From Oculatellaceae cyanobacterium bins.114 (GTDB taxonomy: Bacteria > Cyanobacteriota > Cyanobacteriia > Elainellales > Elainellaceae): a stretch of 55,551 bases of DNA. Both the position numbers and the translations under genes were made by a program. The number at the start of each line of letters is the position of its first letter. Within the stretch, counting starts at the first letter, position 1. The stretch is taken from positions 1 through 55,551 of the forward strand of contig JANRJA010000130.1 of the NCBI GenBank assembly GCA_033764315.1, given 5' to 3'. This document shows positions 9,814 to 19,783 of this stretch, one piece after another. The notes beneath the pieces were generated by a model. It was not told the DNA's origin, ran no database searches, and saw only the letters and a program-made list of their open reading frames with translations.

Positions 9814-10378
9814 CCTCCGAGGAATCGGTTAATAAAACTATCCGGATTCAAGGAGTACTTCTAGAAAAGTTCACTAGGCTGCGTTTCTTATATACAAACA
9901 GAAACAATCAACAGAGCGGTAAGTCTAAAACTAGATTTTTTCCGGTTGAATAAGCCTAGTCTTCCCAATCTTCTAGAACGTTTTTGGTTTGTACATATCA
10001 GTACCCAAAGTGATGTCTTGGTTTCCCTAACCTGATTATTATTTTTGTTACTGATGTTAGACGCTTCTGAGAAGTGGGAATGATTGAAATAACTCCAACA
10101 CCAGAGCGAATTAGCAAACCGCTAGCCCGATTTAGAAGGCAACTCCGCTCTTGGAATTGGATAGATGTCTGCTAACAGAAGCTTCGGCATTCTTGAACAG
10201 ATTCAGTATTTTTACTAGGTGCGTCATTTTGTAAAGTGAATTTTTCAGCGTTTACGCTGTAATTTCCGCTGCATTTGAGTACCTATCCTGTTCTTAGAAT
10301 TCGACTTTTGCTGACTCTTTCATGAGAGAGCAAGACATACTAAAGTCCCCGCATGTAACTCGTTTTAGGTGATTTATC

Positions 10379-10597
10379 ATGGCTGTTGAAAAAGTAAACT
10401 CTTCCTCTAGCTTGGCTGAAGTTGTTGACCGCATCCTCGACAAAGGTATCGTGGTTGATGCTTGGGTTCGTGTTTCCTTGGTTGGTATTGAATTACTAGC
10501 GATCGAAGCTCGCGTTGTTATTGCTTCCGTAGAAACCTACTTGAAGTATGCAGAAGCTGTTGGTTTAACTGCTCAAGCAGCAGTGCCCTCTGCGTAA
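10379..10597 (+). CDS. gvpA: Gas vesicle structural protein GvpA
   Basis: [64 protein letters not shown] is the canonical GvpA sequence. Confidence 0.98.
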   Translation: MAVEKVNSSSSLAEVVDRILDKGIVVDAWVRVSLVGIELLAIEARVVIASVETYLKYAEAVGLTAQAAVPSA

Positions 10598-10605
10598 AGA
10601 TTCCC

Positions 10606-10627
10606 TGGGGAGCCAGTTGGCTCCCCA
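10606..10627 (+). terminator. GC-rich stem-loop after gvpA (mRNA stabiliser or partial terminator)
   Basis: TGGGGAGCCA-GT-TGGCTCCCCA, no U-tract. Confidence 0.7.
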
Positions 10628-10681
10628 CAGCCCTCCCTACATCTGTAAACGCTATTTCTAGCCTCGCAGGAGGAAATTCCC

Positions 10682-11986
10682 GTGACTGCCTTCAAAGATC
10701 TGTGGCAAGAACAGAGGCGACTACGCCAAGCAGAAATATTACTGCGTAAACAAGAAGTACGAGACATCCTCACCTCATTTGAGCAAGAACGCCAAGTAAT
10801 GGCATCTCAGCTCCGGGACGATCTCAATCTTTTTCAATTAGAACTACAACACGAAACTCAAACATTTCTGACAAACGCCAATAAACAGCGACAAGCTCAA
10901 GCGGAACAGCTAACTCAGCTGCTCCGTAATTTTGTTCAGATCCTGCAATATCAAACCGCTGAATTTTTAGCTGCTAGTGCCGCCGATCGCTCTCTCATGG
11001 CACAACAGTTAACTCAAGATTTAAGCCGTTTTCACTCTCGTTTGATCACATCAGTTATTACCCTACGGCAAGCATTGCAAGCAAGAATGCAAGAGATTCA
11101 GGCAGAAGTTCAAATGCTGCAAGCCGAAACGCAAGACATGCTAGTTGTTAACCGTGAACAAAGGCTTCAAGCTAAAGAGCTGATGGTTCAAGAACTGGCC
11201 GCTTTTGTAGATGGATTGCGGATTGATGTGCAAAACTATCTCTCTGAACTAGAGCTCGTGAGACAAGATCGAGCACAGCAACTACAGCAAATGTTGCAAC
11301 TCGACCGGGAACGGCGCACCACCGAGGTTGATGCTATGTTCCAAGAATTATCAGAGTTCAGAACAGAGTTGCGACAATATTGTGTAAACCTGCGCTCACT
11401 GGTTTGGGGTGGGGAAGGAGCATCTCAGCCGGAAGCAGTAAAATCTCAAGCACCCCAACCTAAGCCACAACCTAAACCACAACCCCAAGTGCAACCCAGA
11501 GGGAGAGTTGTTGCAGCCACCAGAACCATGCCAAGAGCAGTGCCTCAAGTCAGAGCAACAACACCAACGATTCAATCGGTTGCAGCTAAACACTCTCAAA
11601 CAGCTCAGGCAACTCAACCAACCGTTCAGACACCAATAGCGAGTGCTCCAACTCCTTCCCCTGCTGAACTTCAGCCTGTAGTGACACCTTCCCAACCTGC
11701 TGTGATTACTCCAGCACCAATGACCGAAGCAACGATTGCCCAACCCGAAGTTTTAACGGTTGTTACCAATCCTAGCCCTAAACCAGTGCAATTAGATTCC
11801 GCTGAACTGGAAAAAGAAATCTATAACCATGTTCATCAAGTCAAAGGTGCACGGTTGACTGAGATTGAGTCAGCATTGGGAATTAATCGCTTCCAAGCCG
11901 TTGATGCACTCCGCTCCTTGATCAAAAAGGGGTTAATTACACAACGCGATCGCATTTACCTAATTCAAGAGGAAGCTAGTCTGTGA
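10682..11986 (+). CDS. gvpC: GvpC-like gas vesicle protein with Pro/Thr/Gln linker and C-terminal winged-helix domain
   Basis: 33-aa helical repeats (e.g. [33 protein letters not shown]); position between gvpA and gvpN; AGGAGG RBS. Confidence 0.85.
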   Translation: MTAFKDLWQEQRRLRQAEILLRKQEVRDILTSFEQERQVMASQLRDDLNLFQLELQHETQTFLTNANKQRQAQAEQLTQLLRNFVQILQYQTAEFLAASAADRSLMAQQLTQDLSRFHSRLITSVITLRQALQARMQEIQAEVQMLQAETQDMLVVNREQRLQAKELMVQELAAFVDGLRIDVQNYLSELELVRQDRAQQLQQMLQLDRERRTTEVDAMFQELSEFRTELRQYCVNLRSLVWGGEGASQPEAVKSQAPQPKPQPKPQPQVQPRGRVVAATRTMPRAVPQVRATTPTIQSVAAKHSQTAQATQPTVQTPIASAPTPSPAELQPVVTPSQPAVITPAPMTEATIAQPEVLTVVTNPSPKPVQLDSAELEKEIYNHVHQVKGARLTEIESALGINRFQAVDALRSLIKKGLITQRDRIYLIQEEASL

Positions 11987-13284
11987 CTACTGTTTTACGA
12001 GCCAGCCCCCGGCGTTTCGTCAACACCCCCGCTGTTGAACGAGTCGCTACACGAGCCTTACGTTATCTCCAATCAGGCTTTTCAGTACACTTGCGTGGTC
12101 CTGCCGGAACAGGCAAAACAACGCTAGCTCTGCATCTAGCCGATCTATTAAGCCGCCCCATCATGCTGTTGTTTGGTGATGATGAGTTCAAAACATCTGA
12201 CCTCATTGGCAACCAATCCGGTTATACCCGCAAAAAAGTCGTCGATAACTTTATTCACAGTGTTGTTAAGGTTGAGGACGAGCTGCGACAAAACTGGGTT
12301 GATTCGCGTCTAACCTTGGCATGTCGAGAAGGCTTTACCCTGGTATATGACGAGTTTAACCGCTCTCGCCCAGAGGTCAACAACGTCCTCTTGTCAGCAC
12401 TAGAGGAAAAGCTGTTGGTTCTGCCACCCAGCAACAATCGCACCGAATATATTCGAGTCAATCCTCATTTTCGAGCAATTTTTACCTCAAACCCAGAGGA
12501 ATATTGTGGGGTTCACGACACTCAGGATGCGTTGATGGATCGACTGATCACCATCAACATGCCTGAGCCTGACGAATTAACTCAGCAAGAGATTGCGGTG
12601 CAAAAAACAGGAATTGACCGAGAAAGTGCGTTAACGATCGTGCGATTAGTCAAGGCGTTTCGGACTCGCACCAGTGCCGAAAAGTCATCCGGTTTGCGGT
12701 CTTGCTTGATGCTGGCGAAGGTGTGTCATGAACATGGCATCTTAGCTATGCCTGAAAATCCTGAGTTTCGGGATATCTGTCAAGATGTCTTGCTGTCGCG
12801 CACAGGTTTACCGTTGCATGAGTCTACTCAACTCCTCTGGCAGCTTTTTAATGACCTCATTTGCAACGTTGAAAGTCAACCTGAAGTACCGATCACAACT
12901 GATGTACCTGCATTAGAAACGTTGATTGAGTCTAAAGTTGAGGTCATGTCAACTTCTCAAGCAATAGATTCTGGTGTCGCTGTACAAGCAACTGTAGAAG
13001 ATACACTGCCACAACCAACAGTAGATTTGAAAGCAATGACTCCAGAAGAGGAACTGCTTCACGTCGCTCCTTCGTTTGTTGAAGATGTTCCCCATGAACA
13101 GGCAGTTTATACCTATCTACAAGCGTCGCAAAATGCTCGTCCTTCAGAAATTGAAGCAGCATTAAATATCAGTCGTTATGAAACGGTCAACGCATTGCGT
13201 TCTTTAACTGCAAAAGGGCTACTGACTCATAAGGGCACCGCAGGTGCATCTGCTTATCGACTCAGTACCTCAAACGAAGGGTGA
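11983..13284 (+). CDS. gvpN: Gas vesicle AAA+ ATPase GvpN with C-terminal extension
   Basis: [46 protein letters not shown] overlap with gvpC. Confidence 0.95.
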   Translation: MTTVLRASPRRFVNTPAVERVATRALRYLQSGFSVHLRGPAGTGKTTLALHLADLLSRPIMLLFGDDEFKTSDLIGNQSGYTRKKVVDNFIHSVVKVEDELRQNWVDSRLTLACREGFTLVYDEFNRSRPEVNNVLLSALEEKLLVLPPSNNRTEYIRVNPHFRAIFTSNPEEYCGVHDTQDALMDRLITINMPEPDELTQQEIAVQKTGIDRESALTIVRLVKAFRTRTSAEKSSGLRSCLMLAKVCHEHGILAMPENPEFRDICQDVLLSRTGLPLHESTQLLWQLFNDLICNVESQPEVPITTDVPALETLIESKVEVMSTSQAIDSGVAVQATVEDTLPQPTVDLKAMTPEEELLHVAPSFVEDVPHEQAVYTYLQASQNARPSEIEAALNISRYETVNALRSLTAKGLLTHKGTAGASAYRLSTSNEG

Positions 13285-13288
13285 GACC

Positions 13289-13630
13289 ATGACTGCAACA
13301 GTTCAACGAACTCCAAGCAACTCAAATCGTGCCATCACGACGTCTACTTCAGGCTCTACTCTAGCCGATGTACTAGAACGAGTGCTTGACAAGGGTATTG
13401 TGATTGCAGGAGATATCTCTGTTTCTGTGGGCTCCACAGAATTACTGAGTATCCGTATCCGCCTCCTCATATCATCTGTGGATAAAGCCAAAGAGATTGG
13501 GATCAACTGGTGGGAAAACGATCCTTACCTCAGTAGTCAATCTAATCAATTACTGGAGTCTAATCGCCAACTCCAAACTCGCATTGAAAGCCTAGAAACA
13601 GAGCTAAAGGCTCTCCGGGCAGCACCATAA
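13289..13630 (+). CDS. gvpJ: Gas vesicle protein GvpJ
   Basis: TLADVLERVLDKGIVIAGDISVSVGSTELL..INWWENDPYLSS; start moved to ATG 13289, just after the gvpN stop. Confidence 0.92.
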   Translation: MTATVQRTPSNSNRAITTSTSGSTLADVLERVLDKGIVIAGDISVSVGSTELLSIRIRLLISSVDKAKEIGINWWENDPYLSSQSNQLLESNRQLQTRIESLETELKALRAAP

Positions 13631-13728
13631 TAGAGTATGGTCTGAAAGCTAGGTTAGCTTTTAGTTTTGGTGTAAAGGGGGTGAGATCCAAAAATCAGGT
13701 TCTACCAATTCTTATCGTAATATAGCGA

Positions 13729-13932
13729 ATGAGCATGATTACCATTAAATCAATGAAGCAAATTCCAACTTGCAAGTTGTTACGGGGATTTCGCTCAGGG
13801 GGCTCTCGATTGCGATCAACTGATGGTGAACGGAGTCGCATCATGGCAGGATATGCTGAAATACAGATGCAAGAGACTCGTCGCCAGTGGCTCAAGGATA
13901 TTTGGTATAACCGGGAGACAGGACGATGCTAA
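13729..13932 (+). CDS. Small hypothetical protein in the gvp operon
   Basis: 67-aa ATG ORF on the operon strand; overlaps the next ORF by 7 nt. Confidence 0.55.
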   Translation: MSMITIKSMKQIPTCKLLRGFRSGGSRLRSTDGERSRIMAGYAEIQMQETRRQWLKDIWYNRETGRC

Positions 13933-14108
13933 TCAAGAATCAAACTAACCCACTGTATTCAACAAAACAACATCAGCCCATCAGCTCAGAACACTATCGC
14001 CAAATGTTAGCCCGTGATGGTGAACGTCGGTTCTATGAATGGCATAGTACCTTTTTACAATACCAAAAGGAATTTTTGAGACAACTCGAACAGTCTCGTC
14101 AGCGTTAA
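13926..14108 (+). CDS. Small hypothetical protein in the gvp operon
   Basis: 60-aa ATG ORF with AGGA RBS; ends 9 nt before gvpK. Confidence 0.6.
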   Translation: MLIKNQTNPLYSTKQHQPISSEHYRQMLARDGERRFYEWHSTFLQYQKEFLRQLEQSRQR

Positions 14109-14117
14109 GCTTAATTC

Positions 14118-14588
14118 ATGCCTTCTGACTCACCCATTCAAATTTCTCCAGGCGACAATCTAGAACCCCATCAGGGACCCAACGCCGGTCTAGCTCCATT
14201 GCTGTTAACAGTAGTGGAGCTTGTGCGTCAATTAATGGAAGCCCAAGTGATTCGTCGTATGGAATCAGGAGAATTGAGTGATTCTGATTTGGAACGGGCA
14301 GCCGACAGTTTACGTAAACTGGAAGAGCAAGTTGTCAATCTTTGTGACATATTTGAGATTGATCCAGCTGATTTAAATATTGACTTAGGAGAAATTGGGA
14401 CTTTGCTACCCAAAAGCAACGGTTACTATCCAGGAGAAACATCAACGAACCCATCGATTTTGGAATTGCTCGATCGCCTGCTAAATGTAGGGGTGGTTGT
14501 TGAGGGTGAGGTGGATCTGGGTCTGGCACAGTTGAATTTAATTCATGCAAAGCTGCGATTAGTGTTGACCTCTAAACCAATATCTTGA
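14118..14588 (+). CDS. gvpK: Gas vesicle protein GvpK
   Basis: GLAPLLLTVVELVRQLMEAQVIRRM..LNIDLGEIGTL plus GvpA-like C-terminal LELLDRLL. Confidence 0.93.
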   Translation: MPSDSPIQISPGDNLEPHQGPNAGLAPLLLTVVELVRQLMEAQVIRRMESGELSDSDLERAADSLRKLEEQVVNLCDIFEIDPADLNIDLGEIGTLLPKSNGYYPGETSTNPSILELLDRLLNVGVVVEGEVDLGLAQLNLIHAKLRLVLTSKPIS

Positions 14589-14690
14589 CTCATAAATCTC
14601 TTGCATAAGTCAATTTTTGAGGATGTGAATTGTTGTGCTGCTAGGCAATACAACGGTTCAAATTTGACCTTTAATCTCATAGTACAGATA

Positions 14691-14759
14691 TATAGCAGTC
14701 CTAAATCAGTTGTGAGATGGGCGGGTTGTGAGAGGCGCACCCCATTTGGGATTGCTGTA
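14691..14759. repeat. 69-bp MITE-like dispersed repeat, copy 1
   Basis: Ends TATAGCAGTCCTAAAT / ATTTGGGATTGCTGTA; closely similar copy at 39334-39402 and same left end at 55436. Confidence 0.8.
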
Positions 14760-14866
14760 TTACTTTGAATAACTCTGTCTAATATCCCGAAAAGATGTGA
14801 ACAATGCGGTAGGGAGTAGGGAAGTATTAGGTTATGGCTGTCCTGCCAGCATTTAGAGGGTGAATT

Positions 14867-15604
14867 ATGGGATATGGTCTTTATTTATATGGTATCTTCC
14901 CGCTTCCGGGGCCTCAAGATTTGCATCTAGAGGGCTTGGATAAACAGCCTGTTGGTACGCATAGGATTGACGAATTTGTGTTTCTCTATTCAGATGCTCA
15001 ACAGGAGCGATATCTCGCCAGTCGCAAGAATTTATTAGGGCACGAGAAGGTGTTGGAGCAGGCGATGGAGCAGGGCTATCGGACACTGTTACCGTTGCAA
15101 TTTGGGTTAACGATTGAAAACTGGGAAACGGTGGAGCAGCAATTAATTACTCCTCAAGGCGACGCTTTGAAACAGTTGTTTGCGAAGTTGGCTGGACATC
15201 GGGAGGTTGGGGTCAAAGTGTTTTGGGATCAAAATGCTGAATTGGAAACTTTGATGCAGGAGGATGAGGAGTTGCGTGTAAAGCGCGATCGCCTCGAAGG
15301 AAAATCCCTCAGCATGGATCAAATTGTTCAAATCGGACAAGCCATTGAACAGGCAATAAAGGATCGGAAACAAGCCATTATTAGTCTATTTCAAACTACT
15401 CTCAATCCATTGGCGATCGAAATTGTTGAGAATGATGTGTTAACCGATACTATGATTTACAACGCAGCGTACTTGATTCCCTGGGATACCGAGCCTCATT
15501 TTGGTGAGCAAGTTGAACTACTGGATCAGGAGTTTGAAGGTCGGCTTAAGATCCGCTACAACAACTTCACGGCTCCCTATAATTTTGCTCAAGCAAGAGA
15601 CTAA
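14867..15604 (+). CDS. gvpF: Gas vesicle protein GvpF (GvpL/F family)
   Basis: LYLYGIF, RYLASRKNLLGHEKVLE, LPLQFG, IRYNNFTAPYNFA. Confidence 0.92.
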   Translation: MGYGLYLYGIFPLPGPQDLHLEGLDKQPVGTHRIDEFVFLYSDAQQERYLASRKNLLGHEKVLEQAMEQGYRTLLPLQFGLTIENWETVEQQLITPQGDALKQLFAKLAGHREVGVKVFWDQNAELETLMQEDEELRVKRDRLEGKSLSMDQIVQIGQAIEQAIKDRKQAIISLFQTTLNPLAIEIVENDVLTDTMIYNAAYLIPWDTEPHFGEQVELLDQEFEGRLKIRYNNFTAPYNFAQARD

Positions 15605-15665
15605 ATGGGTTTGTCCTCCTGCTTTTTGTTGCTATTTTGAACTGACCCTCATTGGAGACTTTTAT

Positions 15666-15923
15666 ATGTTTCTTGACTTACTCTTAACTCCTATTACAGC
15701 TCCGATCTCAGGCGTTAATTGGATCGCTGAAAAGATTTTGGAACGGGCAGATGCTGAGTTGGATGACAAAGAAAATTTGAGTAAGCGTCTATTGGCATTG
15801 CAACTAGCATTTGATATGGGGGATATTTCGGAGGAAGAATTTGAAGTTCAGGAAGAGGAGTTGTTACTAGCCATTCAGACAGTTGAGGATGAAGCTAGAG
15901 CCGCTGCAGAAGAGGACGCTTAA
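15666..15923 (+). CDS. gvpG: Gas vesicle protein GvpG
   Basis: LLLTPITAPISGVNWIAEKI..LLALQLAFDMGDISEEEFEVQEEELL; start moved to ATG 15666 (GGAG RBS). Confidence 0.9.
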   Translation: MFLDLLLTPITAPISGVNWIAEKILERADAELDDKENLSKRLLALQLAFDMGDISEEEFEVQEEELLLAIQTVEDEARAAAEEDA

Positions 15924-15950
15924 CCCACTCCCTCGCTGATTTTTTTAGGT

Positions 15951-16763
15951 TTATGACTCTATTACGGGGGTAAATTGGTGAACTGCCCGGATCAAATCGT
16001 TGGGAGTACCGATATCTAAATACATTCCCCGGTCAAAGATTTCTGCTTCAACTCTCAGACCCGCATCAATTCCAGCTTGGATGACATCTCCGATAGGCAA
16101 TTCGCGCTGTCCAGGTTGCTGCCAATGTTCTGGGGGAATGGTCGCTAAGTAGTGGTGCAGAAATTGGGTAAAAGTGGGTGTCCAAAGGGCGATCGCCCAC
16201 ATGTATTTCAGATTAGTAGAGGCTGGCTTCTCAATAATTTTGTGTACTTGACCTGTCGGGCTGACTTCAACCATTCCGGCTTTCTGGTATTGCTCAGTAG
16301 GAAACAAACCCAATACCACCTCTGCTTGAGTTGCCGCTTGATGATTGACAAGGTGCACAAATGCATCTTCTGGATCAAACAAAATGTCAGGAAACCCCAA
16401 AGCCACCAACGAAGTCTGAATGAATGGGTAAGCCTGATCCAGAGTGTATGGAATTCCATAGGGCACATGCACTGTCAAATAACCAAGACGCATATCTAGC
16501 ATGGTGCCGTCACCCAAATAGGTTGGGATGTCCCACTTGCCCGGACGTAAGACCACAAATGCTTTATGAATCCCCGCTAAGCGCATCTTTTCTAAGAGAT
16601 AATGACAAACGACCTTGGGGCGCAGAGTACTATTAGTACCAACAGCATGAAATCCAATGGGATACAGTTCCTTACTCACAGGTAATGGGGAAATTCGAGT
16701 TGCCTGTCCTCCAGCGGGAAGAAGCCCCACTATGTCAAGAGTTACAGGATGATTGTTTGTCAT
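15951..16763 (-). CDS. Sugar-phosphate nucleotidyltransferase (RmlA/dTDP-glucose pyrophosphorylase-like)
   Basis: LLPAGGQATRISPLPVSKEL, IIEKP, YLDIGTP. Confidence 0.85.
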   Translation of the reverse strand: MTNNHPVTLDIVGLLPAGGQATRISPLPVSKELYPIGFHAVGTNSTLRPKVVCHYLLEKMRLAGIHKAFVVLRPGKWDIPTYLGDGTMLDMRLGYLTVHVPYGIPYTLDQAYPFIQTSLVALGFPDILFDPEDAFVHLVNHQAATQAEVVLGLFPTEQYQKAGMVEVSPTGQVHKIIEKPASTNLKYMWAIALWTPTFTQFLHHYLATIPPEHWQQPGQRELPIGDVIQAGIDAGLRVEAEIFDRGMYLDIGTPNDLIRAVHQFTPVIES

Positions 16764-16971
16764 ACAGGAGACCCTATAAAAGCCTTTACCCCATTTTTAC
16801 AAACTCACTGCAAAGCTCTGCCTTTAATTAAAAACACATAGATGAATTCAAAGAATGGATGAAGATCGAGAGGATGGCTAGTGATGTTCCGGGGGCATTG
16901 ATTACCATATAACCGATAGTTGCTCAGTCGCTGCGGTTTTTTTCAATACAACACTCTTAGACTGCGACATT

Positions 16972-18639
16972 ATGGTGAAAAAAAAGCGCAAGCGGAATGA
17001 ACAGCCTGAACCAGATGGCACAGGAAAGGTTGAACTCACTCTCAAAGAACGTTTAGCCCAAAAGCGTAAAGCTGAACGTTTGCGCAAGGAGTTAATTGTT
17101 TTTACGGCACTCGCCCTTTTATTTGCGGCTGTTGTTGGTTTTTTAGTGGGGTTAACGAGTGGGATCAAGCCAGCTATCGGCGTTACGGTGGGATTACTTT
17201 GTACCACCCTTTCCTTTAAATATCCTCGTCAGGCACTGTGGGCTTTCTTAATTTACTTGCCCTTTGGTGGCACGATCACCTACTTGATTGGCAACAGTCC
17301 ATTGCTTCAGCTTGCTAAAGATGGGTTTTATATTCCAGCTCTATTTGGGGTTGTGCAATATTGTCGTCGAGAGCAACTCCCCGTATTGGTTCCCAAAGGG
17401 TTAGTGCCGCCTCTACTCATTCTGTTAACCTTCTGCTTATTGACATTGACCTTTGTCAATGGCTCACAGCAACTCAATCCAGCAGAATTTACCCTTGGAG
17501 AAGAGGTGCTGCTTGAGAATCCTTTAGGGATGGGAATCTTGGGACTCAAGGTTTTGATTGGTTACATCCCCCTGATTATTTGTGGCTATTATTTGATTCG
17601 CAACAGAAAAGATCTGATGTTTCTGATGCGTTTGACCGTTGTTCTGGTCTTAATTGCTTGTGGGCTAGCGTTTGTTCAATACCTGCTTTTACAGAATGGG
17701 AGTTGTGACGGAACTCGGTTTGAAGAAGGTTCCGATTTATTTAAGGCTAGTTTGCAAGCCAGATGCTTTGTTGGAGGTGCTTTACTCTACAGCCCTGAGC
17801 ACGGTCAGATTCGTTTGCCTGGAACGTTTGTGGCCCCTTGGCAGTGGGGATGGTTTTTAATCTCGGCAGGTTTTTTGGCATTTGCCCCTGCCTTTAATGA
17901 CCCTAAACCATTTTGGAGAACGTTGAGTTTGGTTTCTCTTGGCTCAGTTGTTGTCATGTCGGTCTTATCTGGACAACGGATTGCCTTGGGAATTGTGCCA
18001 GTAGCCCTCATTTCGTTATTGATTCTCACAGGTCAAATCATTTATCTCAAACGTTTCCTACCAACAGCAGTGGTGCTGGGAGCCCTATTAAGTTTCATCG
18101 CCGTTAGTAACCCTGCTATTTTGCAAGAACGGATTGAAAGTTTTCAAAATCGTTGGAATGCCTCACCGCCTACGACTTTCATCATGAACCAATTTGGTTG
18201 GGCAATCAGTTCTCAAGAAGGTTTCTTGGGTAATGGGTTAGGGAGGGCGACCAATTCGGCGCGATCGCTTGGCAACACCCAACTGATTGAGACTTATTAT
18301 CCCAAGATGATCTACGAGATCGGGATTTTTGGAACGTTAGCTTTTTTAGTCTTCGTCACAACCTTAGTTTTTCTAACCTTTAGGGCATACCGTTCCGTTC
18401 GGGACACAAGCTTGCGCCCTTATGGAGCGGCCATCTGGCTATTTGTCTTGTTTATCAGCTATAACACCTACTACTACCCGTTAGATGTAGACCCTGTCGC
18501 CGTCTATTACTGGTTCTTTGCAGGAGTCGTGTTGAAGCTACCTGAAATTGAACGGCAGGAAAAGCGAGAAGCCCTTGAACAGGCGAAACCGGTTGAGAAG
18601 AAGAAGCGACTACTTCAACGCAGCCAGGGATTTTCTTAA
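16972..18639 (+). CDS. hpsL: Hormogonium polysaccharide membrane protein HpsL-like (O-antigen ligase/polymerase fold)
   Basis: Polytopic membrane protein with RLPGTFVAPWQW, GNGLGRATNS, YNTYYYPLDVDP; heads a three-glycosyltransferase operon. Confidence 0.75.
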   Translation: MVKKKRKRNEQPEPDGTGKVELTLKERLAQKRKAERLRKELIVFTALALLFAAVVGFLVGLTSGIKPAIGVTVGLLCTTLSFKYPRQALWAFLIYLPFGGTITYLIGNSPLLQLAKDGFYIPALFGVVQYCRREQLPVLVPKGLVPPLLILLTFCLLTLTFVNGSQQLNPAEFTLGEEVLLENPLGMGILGLKVLIGYIPLIICGYYLIRNRKDLMFLMRLTVVLVLIACGLAFVQYLLLQNGSCDGTRFEEGSDLFKASLQARCFVGGALLYSPEHGQIRLPGTFVAPWQWGWFLISAGFLAFAPAFNDPKPFWRTLSLVSLGSVVVMSVLSGQRIALGIVPVALISLLILTGQIIYLKRFLPTAVVLGALLSFIAVSNPAILQERIESFQNRWNASPPTTFIMNQFGWAISSQEGFLGNGLGRATNSARSLGNTQLIETYYPKMIYEIGIFGTLAFLVFVTTLVFLTFRAYRSVRDTSLRPYGAAIWLFVLFISYNTYYYPLDVDPVAVYYWFFAGVVLKLPEIERQEKREALEQAKPVEKKKRLLQRSQGFS

Positions 18640-18662
18640 ACTCAGATATTTAAAATTAACTG

Positions 18663-19718
18663 TTGACCCAACTAGACTTAGGAGAAAAATTTGTGGCTTT
18701 ACCCCCGATCTCTATCGTTATCCCGACTTATCGTCGTGAACAAATCCTACGGGAAACCCTGGAGAATGTGCTTCAACAGGATTATCCTAATTACGAAGTA
18801 ATCGTAGTTGACCAAACTCAAACTCACGAGCCTGAAACTGAGAGTTGCTTGAATGAGTTGGCGGCCAACCAAAAAATTCGCCTGTTTAAAGTGACATGGG
18901 CAAGTCTACCTGGGGCTCGCAATTATGCAGTCAGGCGATCGCTGGGAGAGATTATCTTATTCCTCGACGATGATGTGCTTTTACCCTCTGGGTTCTTAGC
19001 CGCTCATGCTAAAAATTTCTTAGAACGACCTGAAGTGGGAGCCGTTGCAGGACGAGTCTTTGATCGAATGAAGTTGGCAGATTCTGGTGGAGATTTAACA
19101 ATTGACTATCTTCCACCCGAAGCTATGGATCCAGGAATCGCTTGGTATCACATCGATCTAGTTCACACTGTCAAGCCCCAACGAGTTTTGACAGCTAGGG
19201 GCTGCAATATGTCCTATCGACGAGAGATTTTTGAGAAGCATGGTGTGTGGTTTGATGAGCGGTTCCGGGGCAGTGCAGTGCGGGAAGAATCAGATTTTTG
19301 TCTGCGCATTCGCAAGACGGGCTATCACATTTGGTATGACCCCGATGCCCATCTAGTGCATTTAGGCGAGGAAACAGGGGGATGCCACGATATCACAACG
19401 CGATCGCTGCAATATCAAATCACCTTCTACCACAACCATTTCTTAATGGGCTTGAAAAATCTGAATGCGTCACAAGCACTCCGATTATTTGCTCGTTTGT
19501 TTGATTGTCATGTTTTGGGGCGACCTCCCTGTCACAAAAGTGGCTCCCCAATCAAAATTCTCACGCGCTTCTGCTTTTATCTCATTGGTTTTTTGAAGGC
19601 GTTAACAACCTTGATTAAGTCACTTTGGGATAAGGGTCAAATTTTTACTCAACAAGACAAGGAGATTCAGCTACAAGCCTCTCCTTTTATTAAACCGTCA
19701 TCGGTTATGAGTCGTTAG
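18663..19718 (+). CDS. hpsN: GT2 glycosyltransferase, HpsN-like
   Basis: ISIVIPTY, VVDQ, ARN, FLDDD; operon context. TTG start is uncertain. Confidence 0.75.
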   Translation: MTQLDLGEKFVALPPISIVIPTYRREQILRETLENVLQQDYPNYEVIVVDQTQTHEPETESCLNELAANQKIRLFKVTWASLPGARNYAVRRSLGEIILFLDDDVLLPSGFLAAHAKNFLERPEVGAVAGRVFDRMKLADSGGDLTIDYLPPEAMDPGIAWYHIDLVHTVKPQRVLTARGCNMSYRREIFEKHGVWFDERFRGSAVREESDFCLRIRKTGYHIWYDPDAHLVHLGEETGGCHDITTRSLQYQITFYHNHFLMGLKNLNASQALRLFARLFDCHVLGRPPCHKSGSPIKILTRFCFYLIGFLKALTTLIKSLWDKGQIFTQQDKEIQLQASPFIKPSSVMSR

Positions 19719-19783
19719 ACTATCCATCCTGATCGAATCAGTGATTAACGTTTTAATGCCCCCTCCTTCAATTTTCACCACTT

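Noticed and set aside
11396..11743. Cys/Trp/Arg-rich 115-aa ORF resembling a small peptide precursor
   Set aside because: Antisense shadow of the Pro/Gln/Thr/Ala-rich GvpC linker; its composition follows from the sense-strand codons
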